A model generated the notes under the pieces. That model made no database searches. It was not told where the DNA came from and saw only the letters and a list, made by a program, of their open reading frames with translations. Positions 24,154-32,178 of a stretch of 64,000 bases of DNA are shown piece by piece; positions within the stretch are counted from its first letter, which is position 1, and each line of letters begins with the position of its first letter. This DNA comes from a virus. The position numbers and the translations under genes are program-made. Location: the IMG/VR virus record IMGVR_UViG_3300042359_000621; one strand, 5' to 3'.

Positions 24154-25227
24154 ATGAATACCAAACCCATTTATCGTGTTCCTCTAATGAAAGAGATAGA
24201 AGAAATCCCCTGGAACGGGTTTAATGTTGTTTCTACCTTTAGTGGTACTGGTGGCTCATGTCTTGGCTATCGGATGGCTGGTTATCGGGTGTTGTGGGCT
24301 AATGAATTTATTCCTGCGGCTCAGGATTCTTATAAAGCAAATCACCCGAATTCCATCCTTGATAGGAGAGATATTCGGTTGGTACAGCCAGAAGACATTT
24401 TAAGAGCAACTGGCTTAGGTGTTGGCGAAATTGACATATTCGATGGTTCGCCCCCGTGTGCAGCTTTTTCTAAAGCAGGTAAACGTGATAAAGGATGGGG
24501 TGTCGTAAAGAAATATTCAGATACCACGCAACGGGTTGACGATTTGTTTTTTGAATACACCAGACTAATCCAAGGAACAAAGCCTAAAGTATTTGTTGCT
24601 GAAAATGTAGCAGGTTTAGTTACAGGTGTTGCTAAAGGTTATTTTTTAGAGATACTGAGAACTTTAAAAGCCTGTGGCTACAAAGTTAAGTGTAAAGTTT
24701 TAGATGCTCAGTGGTTAGGTGTTCCACAGGCCAGGCAACGGACTATTTTTATAGGGATTAGAGACGATATTAACTTGGATATCGTCTACCCTATACCATG
24801 CAAAAAACAATACACTGTTAGGGATGCAATATCAAATCTAGGGATTGACAATAGTTTGTTTTATAAACTTCCTAAAGGTAAAATGTTAGATGTTTATATG
24901 AACACAAGAGATGACGAGAAAGGTAGATTTGAAGATGCACATTACAGATTGTACGGCAAGGAGTCTTATTTTAATTTTGCGAGAGCTTGTTGGGATTTAC
25001 CGTCTAGGACTATTCTACAAAGTAGCCAGGGTATATGTCACCCAGAGATACCCAGAACATTTACTATTTCAGAATTAAAGCGTATCTGCGCTTTCCCAGA
25101 TGACTTTATATTATTAGGTTCATTTGCTAAACAATGGGAACGACTGGGGCGTGCTGTTCCCCCTGTTATGATGTCACATATAGCCAAAACAATTCAATTA
25201 GAAATACTAGAAAAATGTGTGGATTAG
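24154..25227 (+). CDS. DNA cytosine-C5 methyltransferase-fold enzyme with an atypical motif X (GRAVPP)
   Basis: Motif I is FSGTGGSCLGY, motif IV is GSPPCAAFS, motif VI is AENVAGL, and motif VIII is QARQRTIFIG. Motif X is LGRAVPPVM, with Arg where the canonical enzyme has Asn. Confidence 0.85.
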   Translation: MNTKPIYRVPLMKEIEEIPWNGFNVVSTFSGTGGSCLGYRMAGYRVLWANEFIPAAQDSYKANHPNSILDRRDIRLVQPEDILRATGLGVGEIDIFDGSPPCAAFSKAGKRDKGWGVVKKYSDTTQRVDDLFFEYTRLIQGTKPKVFVAENVAGLVTGVAKGYFLEILRTLKACGYKVKCKVLDAQWLGVPQARQRTIFIGIRDDINLDIVYPIPCKKQYTVRDAISNLGIDNSLFYKLPKGKMLDVYMNTRDDEKGRFEDAHYRLYGKESYFNFARACWDLPSRTILQSSQGICHPEIPRTFTISELKRICAFPDDFILLGSFAKQWERLGRAVPPVMMSHIAKTIQLEILEKCVD

Positions 25228-26570
25228 CGGGTACATATAAATCCAGTGTAGATGTAGAGTCTATGCTTCTTAAAATAATACATAGGGGGCGAGATGACCA
25301 AGGCATTCACAAGCATGGCGATACTGTTCATGGTCACGTTAGGCTGTCTTTACTTGATTTAAGTTCGGCATCTAAACAGCCTTTTCTCTTGAATAATTCC
25401 ACTCTTTCATTTAATGGTGAGATATGGAATTATAGAGATATAAAAAAGAAGTTACAAGACGATGGTTGTAGATTTAACACAACAGGCGACACCGAAGTAT
25501 TGAGTCAATTTTTAGATATTTATGGTGTTTCGCAGTTAAATCAACTAGAGGGAATGTTTGCTTTTGCGTGGAGTAAGGAGCAGGAACATTGGCTTGTGAG
25601 AGACCGTTTTGGTGAAATACCTTTGTATCTGGCAAAAACGAATAAAGGGTATATCTGGGCATCTGAAAGAAAAGCATTTCCTAGTGGTGTTATACCTGTT
25701 TCCGTTCCTCCGGGCTATGCTTTTAATCTAGTAAAAGGCGAGTGGTTTCAATGGTATAAACTACCAGGAACAACACCACAGCAAAATATATTAGATTGCT
25801 TGAGTAGGGGTGTAGAACAAAGATTAAATGCCGATGCTCCGGTCTGCTGTCTTATATCGGGCGGATTAGATAGCGTCTTAGTTCTGCAAATAGCAAAGTC
25901 TATAAATAAAAACATCGTAGCTTTCACGGCAAAAATGCGTAACGATTCAAATGATTTACTAGCAGCCAGAAGGGTATGCAGTGAGTACGAAATTCAATTA
26001 ATAGAAGTGCCAGTATCTATTGATTTGGATTCCTTAACTAACGCAGCTAAAGTAATAGAAATTAACAGCAAAGCTCAAATAGAGATAGCTTCACTGTGCC
26101 TACCACTGGCACAAAGGATAAGAGCAGAAGGTTTTAAGTCTTGCTTATCTGGTGAAGCTGCCGATGAGCTTTTTGGCGGTTATGGTAACTTCTGTATTCA
26201 GGCATCCAAAAGTACGAATACAGAAGTTATATCTCTTAGAAAAAGTCAATTAGCAAAAATGTCAAGGGGTAATTTTGTTAGGTGCAATAAAGCATTTATG
26301 TATGGTGGCGTTGAGTGTAGATTGCCATTTATGGATGTTAATTTAGTTGAATATGCCATAAACCTAAACCTCTCGCAATCACCAGCAAATAAGAAACTAC
26401 TGAAATCCGCCGCAGCTAAACTACTGCCTAAGTGGGTGATATCCAGAGTTAAGGATACCTTTCAAGGGGGTAGTGGAGTCTCTACCTGGACAGAGGAAAA
26501 TATAGCATCTCCAATAAAATTTTACAACAATGAACTAAAGAAAACTTTTGGATACTTACCCAAGGACTAA
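25215..26570 (+). CDS. asparagine synthetase B-like glutamine amidotransferase / ATP-PPase
   Basis: It starts MCGLAG (Ntn Cys2 of class II GATase). It has the PP-loop CCLISGGLDS. It overlaps the MTase stop by 13 nt. Confidence 0.8.
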   Translation: MCGLAGTYKSSVDVESMLLKIIHRGRDDQGIHKHGDTVHGHVRLSLLDLSSASKQPFLLNNSTLSFNGEIWNYRDIKKKLQDDGCRFNTTGDTEVLSQFLDIYGVSQLNQLEGMFAFAWSKEQEHWLVRDRFGEIPLYLAKTNKGYIWASERKAFPSGVIPVSVPPGYAFNLVKGEWFQWYKLPGTTPQQNILDCLSRGVEQRLNADAPVCCLISGGLDSVLVLQIAKSINKNIVAFTAKMRNDSNDLLAARRVCSEYEIQLIEVPVSIDLDSLTNAAKVIEINSKAQIEIASLCLPLAQRIRAEGFKSCLSGEAADELFGGYGNFCIQASKSTNTEVISLRKSQLAKMSRGNFVRCNKAFMYGGVECRLPFMDVNLVEYAINLNLSQSPANKKLLKSAAAKLLPKWVISRVKDTFQGGSGVSTWTEENIASPIKFYNNELKKTFGYLPKD

Positions 26571-26571
26571 T

Positions 26572-27276
26572 ATGAATAATTATCACGTTCCATCTAAAGA
26601 CAAATGGGAGTTTGACGAATCGGTAACAGATATTTTTGATGATATGTTAGCCCGTTCGATTCCCCAATACGAGGTAATGAGAAAAGCTGTTTCAAGTATT
26701 GCTTGTGAGTTTATGCAGTCTTCTGGTTGTGTAGTCGATATAGGCTGTTCAAGAGGTGAGCAAATAGCTCGTTTAATTCAATCCTATGGCGCGGGTTGTC
26801 ACTATCACGGAATAGAAATTAGTGAGCCGATGATTGGTGCAGCTAAAGACAAGTTCAAAAACCATCATTGTGTCAAATTACATGAATTGGATTTGAGAAA
26901 AGATTGGTTAACCATTGAAAACATATCTGTCACTTTGTCTGTTTTAACCTTGCAATTTATTCCGATTGAATACAGGTTAGGACTACTTAAAAAAATCTAT
27001 GATTCAACTCGAAAAGGCGGGTGTTTTATCTTGGTTGAAAAAGTTATTGGTGGGTCTGCTGATATTGACTCACTATTAACAAATCAATACTACAATTTAA
27101 AACACCAGAATGGTTACTCTGTCTATGAGATAGAAAGAAAGCGTTTAAGTCTTGAGGGTGTTTTAGTTCCTGTAACAGCTAATTGGAATGAAGAAATGCT
27201 AAAACTATCTGGTTTCACTGAAGTTGATTGTTTTTGGCGATGGATGAATTTTGTTGGATGGGTTGCTATCAAATAA
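26572..27276 (+). CDS. cmoA: CmoA-like carboxy-S-adenosylmethionine synthase homolog
   Basis: KWEFDESVTDIFDDMLARSIPQY, VVDIGCSRG, LTLQFIP, GGCFILVEK, NGYSVYEIERKRLSLEGVL and NFVGWVAIK are colinear with my recollection of E. coli CmoA. This is the first ATG, and a TTG alternative exists at 26548. Confidence 0.75.
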   Translation: MNNYHVPSKDKWEFDESVTDIFDDMLARSIPQYEVMRKAVSSIACEFMQSSGCVVDIGCSRGEQIARLIQSYGAGCHYHGIEISEPMIGAAKDKFKNHHCVKLHELDLRKDWLTIENISVTLSVLTLQFIPIEYRLGLLKKIYDSTRKGGCFILVEKVIGGSADIDSLLTNQYYNLKHQNGYSVYEIERKRLSLEGVLVPVTANWNEEMLKLSGFTEVDCFWRWMNFVGWVAIK

Positions 27277-27297
27277 ACCTATAGGAATTGAACCTAA

Positions 27298-27359
27298 ATT
27301 AATCCGGCGGTTGCCGGATTAATTATCAAAAAGCCTAGGGGTTGAATCCTAGGCTTTTT
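27298..27359 (+). terminator. tandem intrinsic terminators ending the modification operon
   Basis: Hairpin attaatccggc-ggtt-gccggattaat lies at 27298-27323. Hairpin aaaaagcctagg-ggttgaat-cctaggcttttt lies at 27328-27359. Confidence 0.6.
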
Positions 27360-27428
27360 GATAGTAATGAGTCTTAATTCTTTCGTATCATTTTAATCAC
27401 AACACCCGCGCTGGCTAGATATGCGGGG

Positions 27429-27938
27429 TTACGCAATAACAACACTTTAAAGTTAACATAGTTGAAAACATTGCTACAACTTAAAATATGAGTAAGCCCA
27501 AAATTACTGAGACTGATATCTCTAAACTAACTCCCGATCCTAACAATGCCCGCAAAAGAACGCCCTTATCAGCAAGCGTTATTAGGAAATCAATTGAACA
27601 ATTCGGGATGACTCGGAGTATTGTCCTTGATGAGAATGGGGTGATTTTAGCGGGTAACGGGGCGTTTGAGGAGGCGGGTCAATTAGGTATTGAAAGGGTG
27701 ATCGTCGTCGAGACAACAGGTAATGAGATAGTGGCGGTGAAACGGACTAATCTTACTGCTGAACAGAAAACTCAATATGCGATCGCTGATAATACGGCAT
27801 CTGATTTCTCGACTTGGGACTTTGATATTTTGAGTGAGTTAACTCAGGAAGTTGATCTATCTGAGTTTTTCCCTGATGATAAATTAAATGAATTATTGGA
27901 ACAGTTGGGTAAAGGTGAAAGTTTTGGAGTTACTGAAC
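27429..27938 (+). repeat. direct repeat copy 2
   Basis: See 23531-24040. Confidence 0.7.
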
Positions 27939-29086
27939 AAGGGGAAGAAAACGAGGAAGAAATTGCTGAACTTCTGGATAAGGTAGATGAGATTGAGTCA
28001 CGGGTTAAGTTGGGTGAAATATGGCAGTTAGGACGACATAAAATATGCGCGGGTGATTCTACTATCGAGAGGAATGTTAGGGCTTTGTTGGGGGATAGCA
28101 AGGCGGTATTAGTCCATGCAGATCCACCTTATGGAATGGGTAAGGAAAAAGATGGAGTTCTGAATGATAATCTCTACCGAGAAAAGTTAGATGATTTTCA
28201 GATGAAATGGATCAGGGCTTGTCGTGGGAATGTAGAAGATAATGGCAGTTTTTATATTTGGGGTAATGCTGAGGATTTGTGGCGGTTATGGTATTCGGGC
28301 GGGTTGAAAGATAGTGAGAGGTTGACTTTTAGGAATGAGATTGTTTGGGATAAAGCAAATGCGTCAGGATTGTATGATGGGAACGGCATAGGATCATCTA
28401 TAGGAAGACAGTTTGCTAACATCTCAGAACGCTGTTTATTTTATATGGTTGGTGAGCAGGGATTTAATAATAATGCTGATAATTATTGGGAAGGATGGGA
28501 ACCAATCAGGCTATACCTTGATAATGAGCGCAAGAAATCAGGGTTAACAACGGCACAATGTAACAAGATTTGTGGCAAACAGAATATGACTCAATCTGCT
28601 TTTACAAAAGGTGGTTTTAGACTGATTTTAGAGGAGGATTATACTGCTTTACGGAGCGCAGCAAAAGGCGAAGCCTTTAAACGGGAATATGACGAACTTA
28701 AAAAGGAATATGACAAACTTAAAAAGGAATATGACAAACTTAAAAAGGAATATTATGCCACCCGTGCCTATTTCAATAATACCCACGAAAACATGACCGA
28801 TGTATGGGAATATCCCAGAGTTCAGGGTGAGGAGCGATGGGGTCACGCCACACCCAAACCCGTTGATATGATTGCCAGAATTTATAAAAGTAGTTCACCC
28901 GATGATGGGATTATTTATTCACCATTTTTAGGGTCTGGGACGGATATTATTGCTGGTGAGAAATCAGGAGGCGATCGCACCGTCGCAGGATTCGAGTTAT
29001 CACCCGCATATTGTGAAATTATCTGTCAAAGATTTTCCAAACTAACAGGAATTGAGCCTAAACTAATCGGAAAATTGCCAGATTAA
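27488..29086 (+). CDS. ParB-like domain fused to an N6-adenine/N4-cytosine DNA methyltransferase
   Basis: It has a ParB-like N-domain, motif IV VHADPPYG, and a late FxGxG block SPFLGSGTD. This is a beta-class motif order. It also has 21-bp x3 tandem repeats encoding EYDKLKK. Confidence 0.85.
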   Translation: MSKPKITETDISKLTPDPNNARKRTPLSASVIRKSIEQFGMTRSIVLDENGVILAGNGAFEEAGQLGIERVIVVETTGNEIVAVKRTNLTAEQKTQYAIADNTASDFSTWDFDILSELTQEVDLSEFFPDDKLNELLEQLGKGESFGVTEQGEENEEEIAELLDKVDEIESRVKLGEIWQLGRHKICAGDSTIERNVRALLGDSKAVLVHADPPYGMGKEKDGVLNDNLYREKLDDFQMKWIRACRGNVEDNGSFYIWGNAEDLWRLWYSGGLKDSERLTFRNEIVWDKANASGLYDGNGIGSSIGRQFANISERCLFYMVGEQGFNNNADNYWEGWEPIRLYLDNERKKSGLTTAQCNKICGKQNMTQSAFTKGGFRLILEEDYTALRSAAKGEAFKREYDELKKEYDKLKKEYDKLKKEYYATRAYFNNTHENMTDVWEYPRVQGEERWGHATPKPVDMIARIYKSSSPDDGIIYSPFLGSGTDIIAGEKSGGDRTVAGFELSPAYCEIICQRFSKLTGIEPKLIGKLPD

Positions 29087-29160
29087 TTAATATTAATTGT
29101 GATATAATGTTAATAGAAGTTGCCCTTCGCGGTACGTCAAATACCCAAGGGCTGTAACAC
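29072..29160 (+). promoter_or_regulatory. repeated promoter + leader hairpin unit, copy A
   Basis: The sequence is TTAATATTAATTGTGATATAAT, with TATAAT at 29103-29108, then the hairpin gccctt..aagggc. Copy B at 29593-29680 is about 85 percent identical. Confidence 0.5.
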
Positions 29161-29177
29161 TGGCATACAATATCACC

Positions 29178-29537
29178 ATGACTAATTTTAACACTGAAAC
29201 TGCGATCGCGCTACTTGACTCTGTAGATGATTTTCCAGTGAGCTTTGATGACGCTTGGAGATGGTTGGGATACGAGAGCAAAAGTGATTGTTCAGAAAAA
29301 ATAAAAAACTATCACATGGTTTCTTCTGTCAAATACGCGGACGGTTATTCAGTTAAGAGATTTAAAAAACCAGAAGATAGTCGCTACAAGCATCATATAT
29401 TTTTAACTGTTGATGCCTTTCGTTTCCTTGGTGGGATGACAAACACATCTCAAGCTAGTCGATGTGAAAGTATTATTTTGAGTGTCATTGATTTGCCAAG
29501 TAGAAGAAAGAAATACTCGCACGATTCAGATAGTTAA
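29178..29537 (+). CDS. Ant-like / phage regulatory protein paralog (short)
   Basis: The N-terminus FPVSFDDAWRWLGYESKSD is shared with ORF 29698, and the later block HHIFLTVDAFRFLGGM with ORF 30270. Confidence 0.5.
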   Translation: MTNFNTETAIALLDSVDDFPVSFDDAWRWLGYESKSDCSEKIKNYHMVSSVKYADGYSVKRFKKPEDSRYKHHIFLTVDAFRFLGGMTNTSQASRCESIILSVIDLPSRRKKYSHDSDS

Positions 29538-29592
29538 CTTAACACCCTTTAGCATCCAATCCAGGGGTGTAATCGCCATAGCTTTAATCGGG

Positions 29593-29680
29593 AAATTGTT
29601 AGACTAATTAATATTAACTGTGATATAATATTAATAGTAAACGCCCTTCGCGATGCTGAAACATCCAAGGGCTGTAAACC
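29593..29680 (+). promoter_or_regulatory. repeated promoter + leader hairpin unit, copy B
   Basis: TATAAT lies at 29624-29629, followed by the same hairpin. Confidence 0.5.
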
Positions 29681-29697
29681 TAACTAACAGGATCACA

Positions 29698-30261
29698 ATG
29701 ATTGATTTTAGCAAAGAACTAGCTCTAAGTTTACTCGGTTCCGGTAAAGAATACCCCGTTGATTTTGAAGACGCTTGGCAATGGTTAGGATATTCTAGTA
29801 AGCAATCTGCCAAAAAGAAGCTAACTCGCAACTTTGAGGAAGGTGAAGACTACTTAATTGAATCTGTCACTGTTTCACATGAAGGGAAGACAACTGCATC
29901 AAGAACCGAAATCATCAAACTTTCAGTTGAATGCTTTAATAAATTAAAAGCATCTAAACAGGATAAACGCTTTGGTGAGGAGAAACGAATACAAAAAACA
30001 TTGCAAGAAAATTGGGGCGGAGATGTGGAAGTTATAACCCCTGTGGGGCGGATTGACCTTTTAACGCCTACCGCAATTGTTGAGATAAAAGATGTTCGAC
30101 AGTGGAAGTCTGCATTGGGTCAGATACTTGTTTATCACAATTACTATCCTAGCCATGAAATGATTTTAGTTCTCTTTGGTGCGTCTCATTCTAGCTTCAA
30201 GGAAATTGTTGAACACCACTGCTCAAAATTTAATATAAAAACAATATGGCATAACAAATAA
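29698..30261 (+). CDS. Ant-like N-domain fused to a PD-(D/E)xK-like nuclease domain
   Basis: It has [24 protein letters not shown]. The C-terminus [30 protein letters not shown] fits a D..E-x-K pattern. The start was moved to the ATG that mirrors the 29178 context. Confidence 0.5.
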   Translation: MIDFSKELALSLLGSGKEYPVDFEDAWQWLGYSSKQSAKKKLTRNFEEGEDYLIESVTVSHEGKTTASRTEIIKLSVECFNKLKASKQDKRFGEEKRIQKTLQENWGGDVEVITPVGRIDLLTPTAIVEIKDVRQWKSALGQILVYHNYYPSHEMILVLFGASHSSFKEIVEHHCSKFNIKTIWHNK

Positions 30262-30269
30262 TCACCCGG

Positions 30270-30887
30270 ATGAGTGTCGCTCACAGTAACGGTTTGACCG
30301 CTTCTCGTACTGAGTCAATCTTCTTAACTGTTGATTGTTTCAAAGCGTTGGGGATGATGGCGGGTACAGAAAAGGGGCGGGAGACTCGACAATATTTCCT
30401 CCGGTGCGAAAAGGAATTAAAATATTCTAAGTCCACTGGTGGGATGAACCTATTAGACAAACCCTCACCTCAGTTGATTAGTGATGCGATTATGGCAGTC
30501 TTCCGACCTACCAATGTTGACCCAACACTTGTCTCAGGGATTATTGCCAACAATATCGCTAAAACTTATCCGGCGTTGGCTCCTGCGATGGAAGAAGCCA
30601 AAAAACATCTAACCGTCGAAGTTGAGGGAAAACTTCTCACGCCCACCGAACTCGGATTAATTTTAGAACAGCGCACTGGACAAAAACACTCGGCGCAACG
30701 GGTCAACAAACTATTAGCCGAGAATGGATTGCAAACTCCTAACCCCACGGGGAAAGATCCGGCTTGGGTTCCAACTCCAGAGGGGAGTGCTTTTTCCAAA
30801 CTATTACTTGCAGCGCAGAAGGGCGTTAAGGATGCGACTAGACAACATTTGCAGTGGTTTGAATCCGTTGTAGATGTTTTGGCTTAG
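30270..30887 (+). CDS. antirepressor-like DNA-binding protein
   Basis: [40 protein letters not shown] resembles the cores of phage antirepressor/Rha-type regulators. Confidence 0.5.
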   Translation: MSVAHSNGLTASRTESIFLTVDCFKALGMMAGTEKGRETRQYFLRCEKELKYSKSTGGMNLLDKPSPQLISDAIMAVFRPTNVDPTLVSGIIANNIAKTYPALAPAMEEAKKHLTVEVEGKLLTPTELGLILEQRTGQKHSAQRVNKLLAENGLQTPNPTGKDPAWVPTPEGSAFSKLLLAAQKGVKDATRQHLQWFESVVDVLA

Positions 30888-31005
30888 GGTAGAAGGATGA
30901 AATAGTATGGTGTCCGCCAAGACAAATAGATCTCAAAAATAGCGAAAATCTATATGTGTTGTGGAAATATATATAGAAAAGTGGTATCTTCTATATATGT
31001 CAACT

Positions 31006-31037
31006 AAAAACCCCAGGGCTTGAATCCTGGGGTTTTT
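31006..31037. terminator. bidirectional intrinsic terminator
   Basis: aaaaaccccagg-gcttgaat-cctggggttttt lies between convergent genes. Confidence 0.6.
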
Positions 31038-31061
31038 ACTATTAAATCTCTTGTATTTTAC

Positions 31062-31628
31062 CTATTCGATACTGGGAGTTAACGATATTTTATTCCCAAT
31101 ATTGTACGGGGTGCGATAACCGGAAAACGACACATCCCCAGACAAGCAGAATGTAACGTGGTTCTCGCCTTCACTGGATCTTGACGATTCCCACATAGAC
31201 CGTACCCACGTAACCAACAATTCTCTAGTTTCTTTGTCCAGATATTCTAAGTCATCTATCAAGATGATCGGGTTATGGCTCAAGAGATATTTTTCAATGA
31301 AGTCACTCATTTTTATGAGTGCGCCATAGTTGTTTTTTTCAAGAAAATTAATTACTTCATTCTCGGTAATGGTATCAGCTAAAAACGAATCTTGAAACAA
31401 CTCATGGATTAGTTCATTTGCCCAATATTGAGAGTCAATACCAAGGCAACTAATAAATATCACCTCACGCCCGGTTTCTCGCAATCTTTCAGCAGTTCGG
31501 ACAAGTAGACTTGACTTTCCTGAGCCATTGGATTCAAGAATATGGCAGTACCGACCATCTGAAAGGAGGTTGTATAACTCATCGTCACAATGGCGTTTGA
31601 TGTAGCGTGTATCTTCTAAACAAATCAT
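31062..31628 (-). CDS. small AAA-like P-loop ATPase
   Basis: It has Walker A ESNGSGKSSLLVR and Walker B PIILIDDLEYL. The N-terminal YIKRHCDDELYNLL..GRYCHIL resembles the cyanobacterial AAA-like domain pattern. Confidence 0.55.
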   Translation of the reverse strand: MICLEDTRYIKRHCDDELYNLLSDGRYCHILESNGSGKSSLLVRTAERLRETGREVIFISCLGIDSQYWANELIHELFQDSFLADTITENEVINFLEKNNYGALIKMSDFIEKYLLSHNPIILIDDLEYLDKETRELLVTWVRSMWESSRSSEGENHVTFCLSGDVSFSGYRTPYNIGNKISLTPSIE

Positions 31629-31828
31629 TTTTCTTGCTCCGTGTGATTGTGTATTAACCGATTAACAATATCGCTCCGGGTTCCCTCCCCCTGAGCTACC
31701 AAGGCATCTAGTTTGGTCAGTAGCTCAGGTTCTATGCCAAACGAGGTTTTGATTCGCTTGACTGCTCCTATTGGCTTTCTACCAGCGTAGGGGTAGGAGC
31801 CACCCCGTCCGATGTATTTGGACTTCAT
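31625..31828 (-). CDS. ribbon-helix-helix protein
   Basis: KRIKTSFGIEPELLTKLDALVAQGEGTRSDIVNRLI is RHH-like. The start was chosen at an ATGA overlap with the upstream stop, and the gene has a 4-nt overlap with the ATPase gene. Confidence 0.5.
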   Translation of the reverse strand: MKSKYIGRGGSYPYAGRKPIGAVKRIKTSFGIEPELLTKLDALVAQGEGTRSDIVNRLIHNHTEQEK

Positions 31829-32016
31829 TTTCTTACTTTGTTTGCATCTTCTTCGGATGATGGTAGCCAACCGTGACCCCAAGGCTCGTATCCGCCTCGC
31901 CACACTTTTAGTGTTTCCCCGTTAGCTAATGTCGCAATACCTTCTTGACAACCATAGCTATGATTCCATGTGATTTTACTAATGATGTTTCCATTGGGAG
32001 TTGTTTGAGTATTCAT
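31825..32016 (-). CDS. small hypothetical protein
   Basis: First gene of a three-gene overlapping minus-strand unit. Confidence 0.4.
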   Translation of the reverse strand: MNTQTTPNGNIISKITWNHSYGCQEGIATLANGETLKVWRGGYEPWGHGWLPSSEEDANKVRK

Positions 32017-32127
32017 TGCGTCGTGTCCTCTGTGCGTTGTGTTTTTACCTTGATCTATTTATATCATAGGGGTTTTAGATTTGTCAAGCATTAATCTAAA
32101 ATTCCTTCTGGGACTGGGTTAGACACC

Positions 32128-32152
32128 AAAAAACACGGGTTTTGACCCCGTG
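32128..32152 (-). terminator. intrinsic terminator downstream of the KilA-N gene
   Basis: The minus strand reads cacgggg-tcaaaa-cccgtg followed by tttttt. Confidence 0.55.
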
Positions 32153-32178
32153 CCTTTTGGTTGTTATGTGGCGATCGC

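Noticed and set aside
25134-25214. The N-terminal extension of the AsnB-like ORF in the track (start 25134).
   Set aside because: Class II amidotransferases need Cys directly after the initiator Met. The ATG at 25215 gives MCGLAG, and the extension overlaps the methyltransferase C-terminus.
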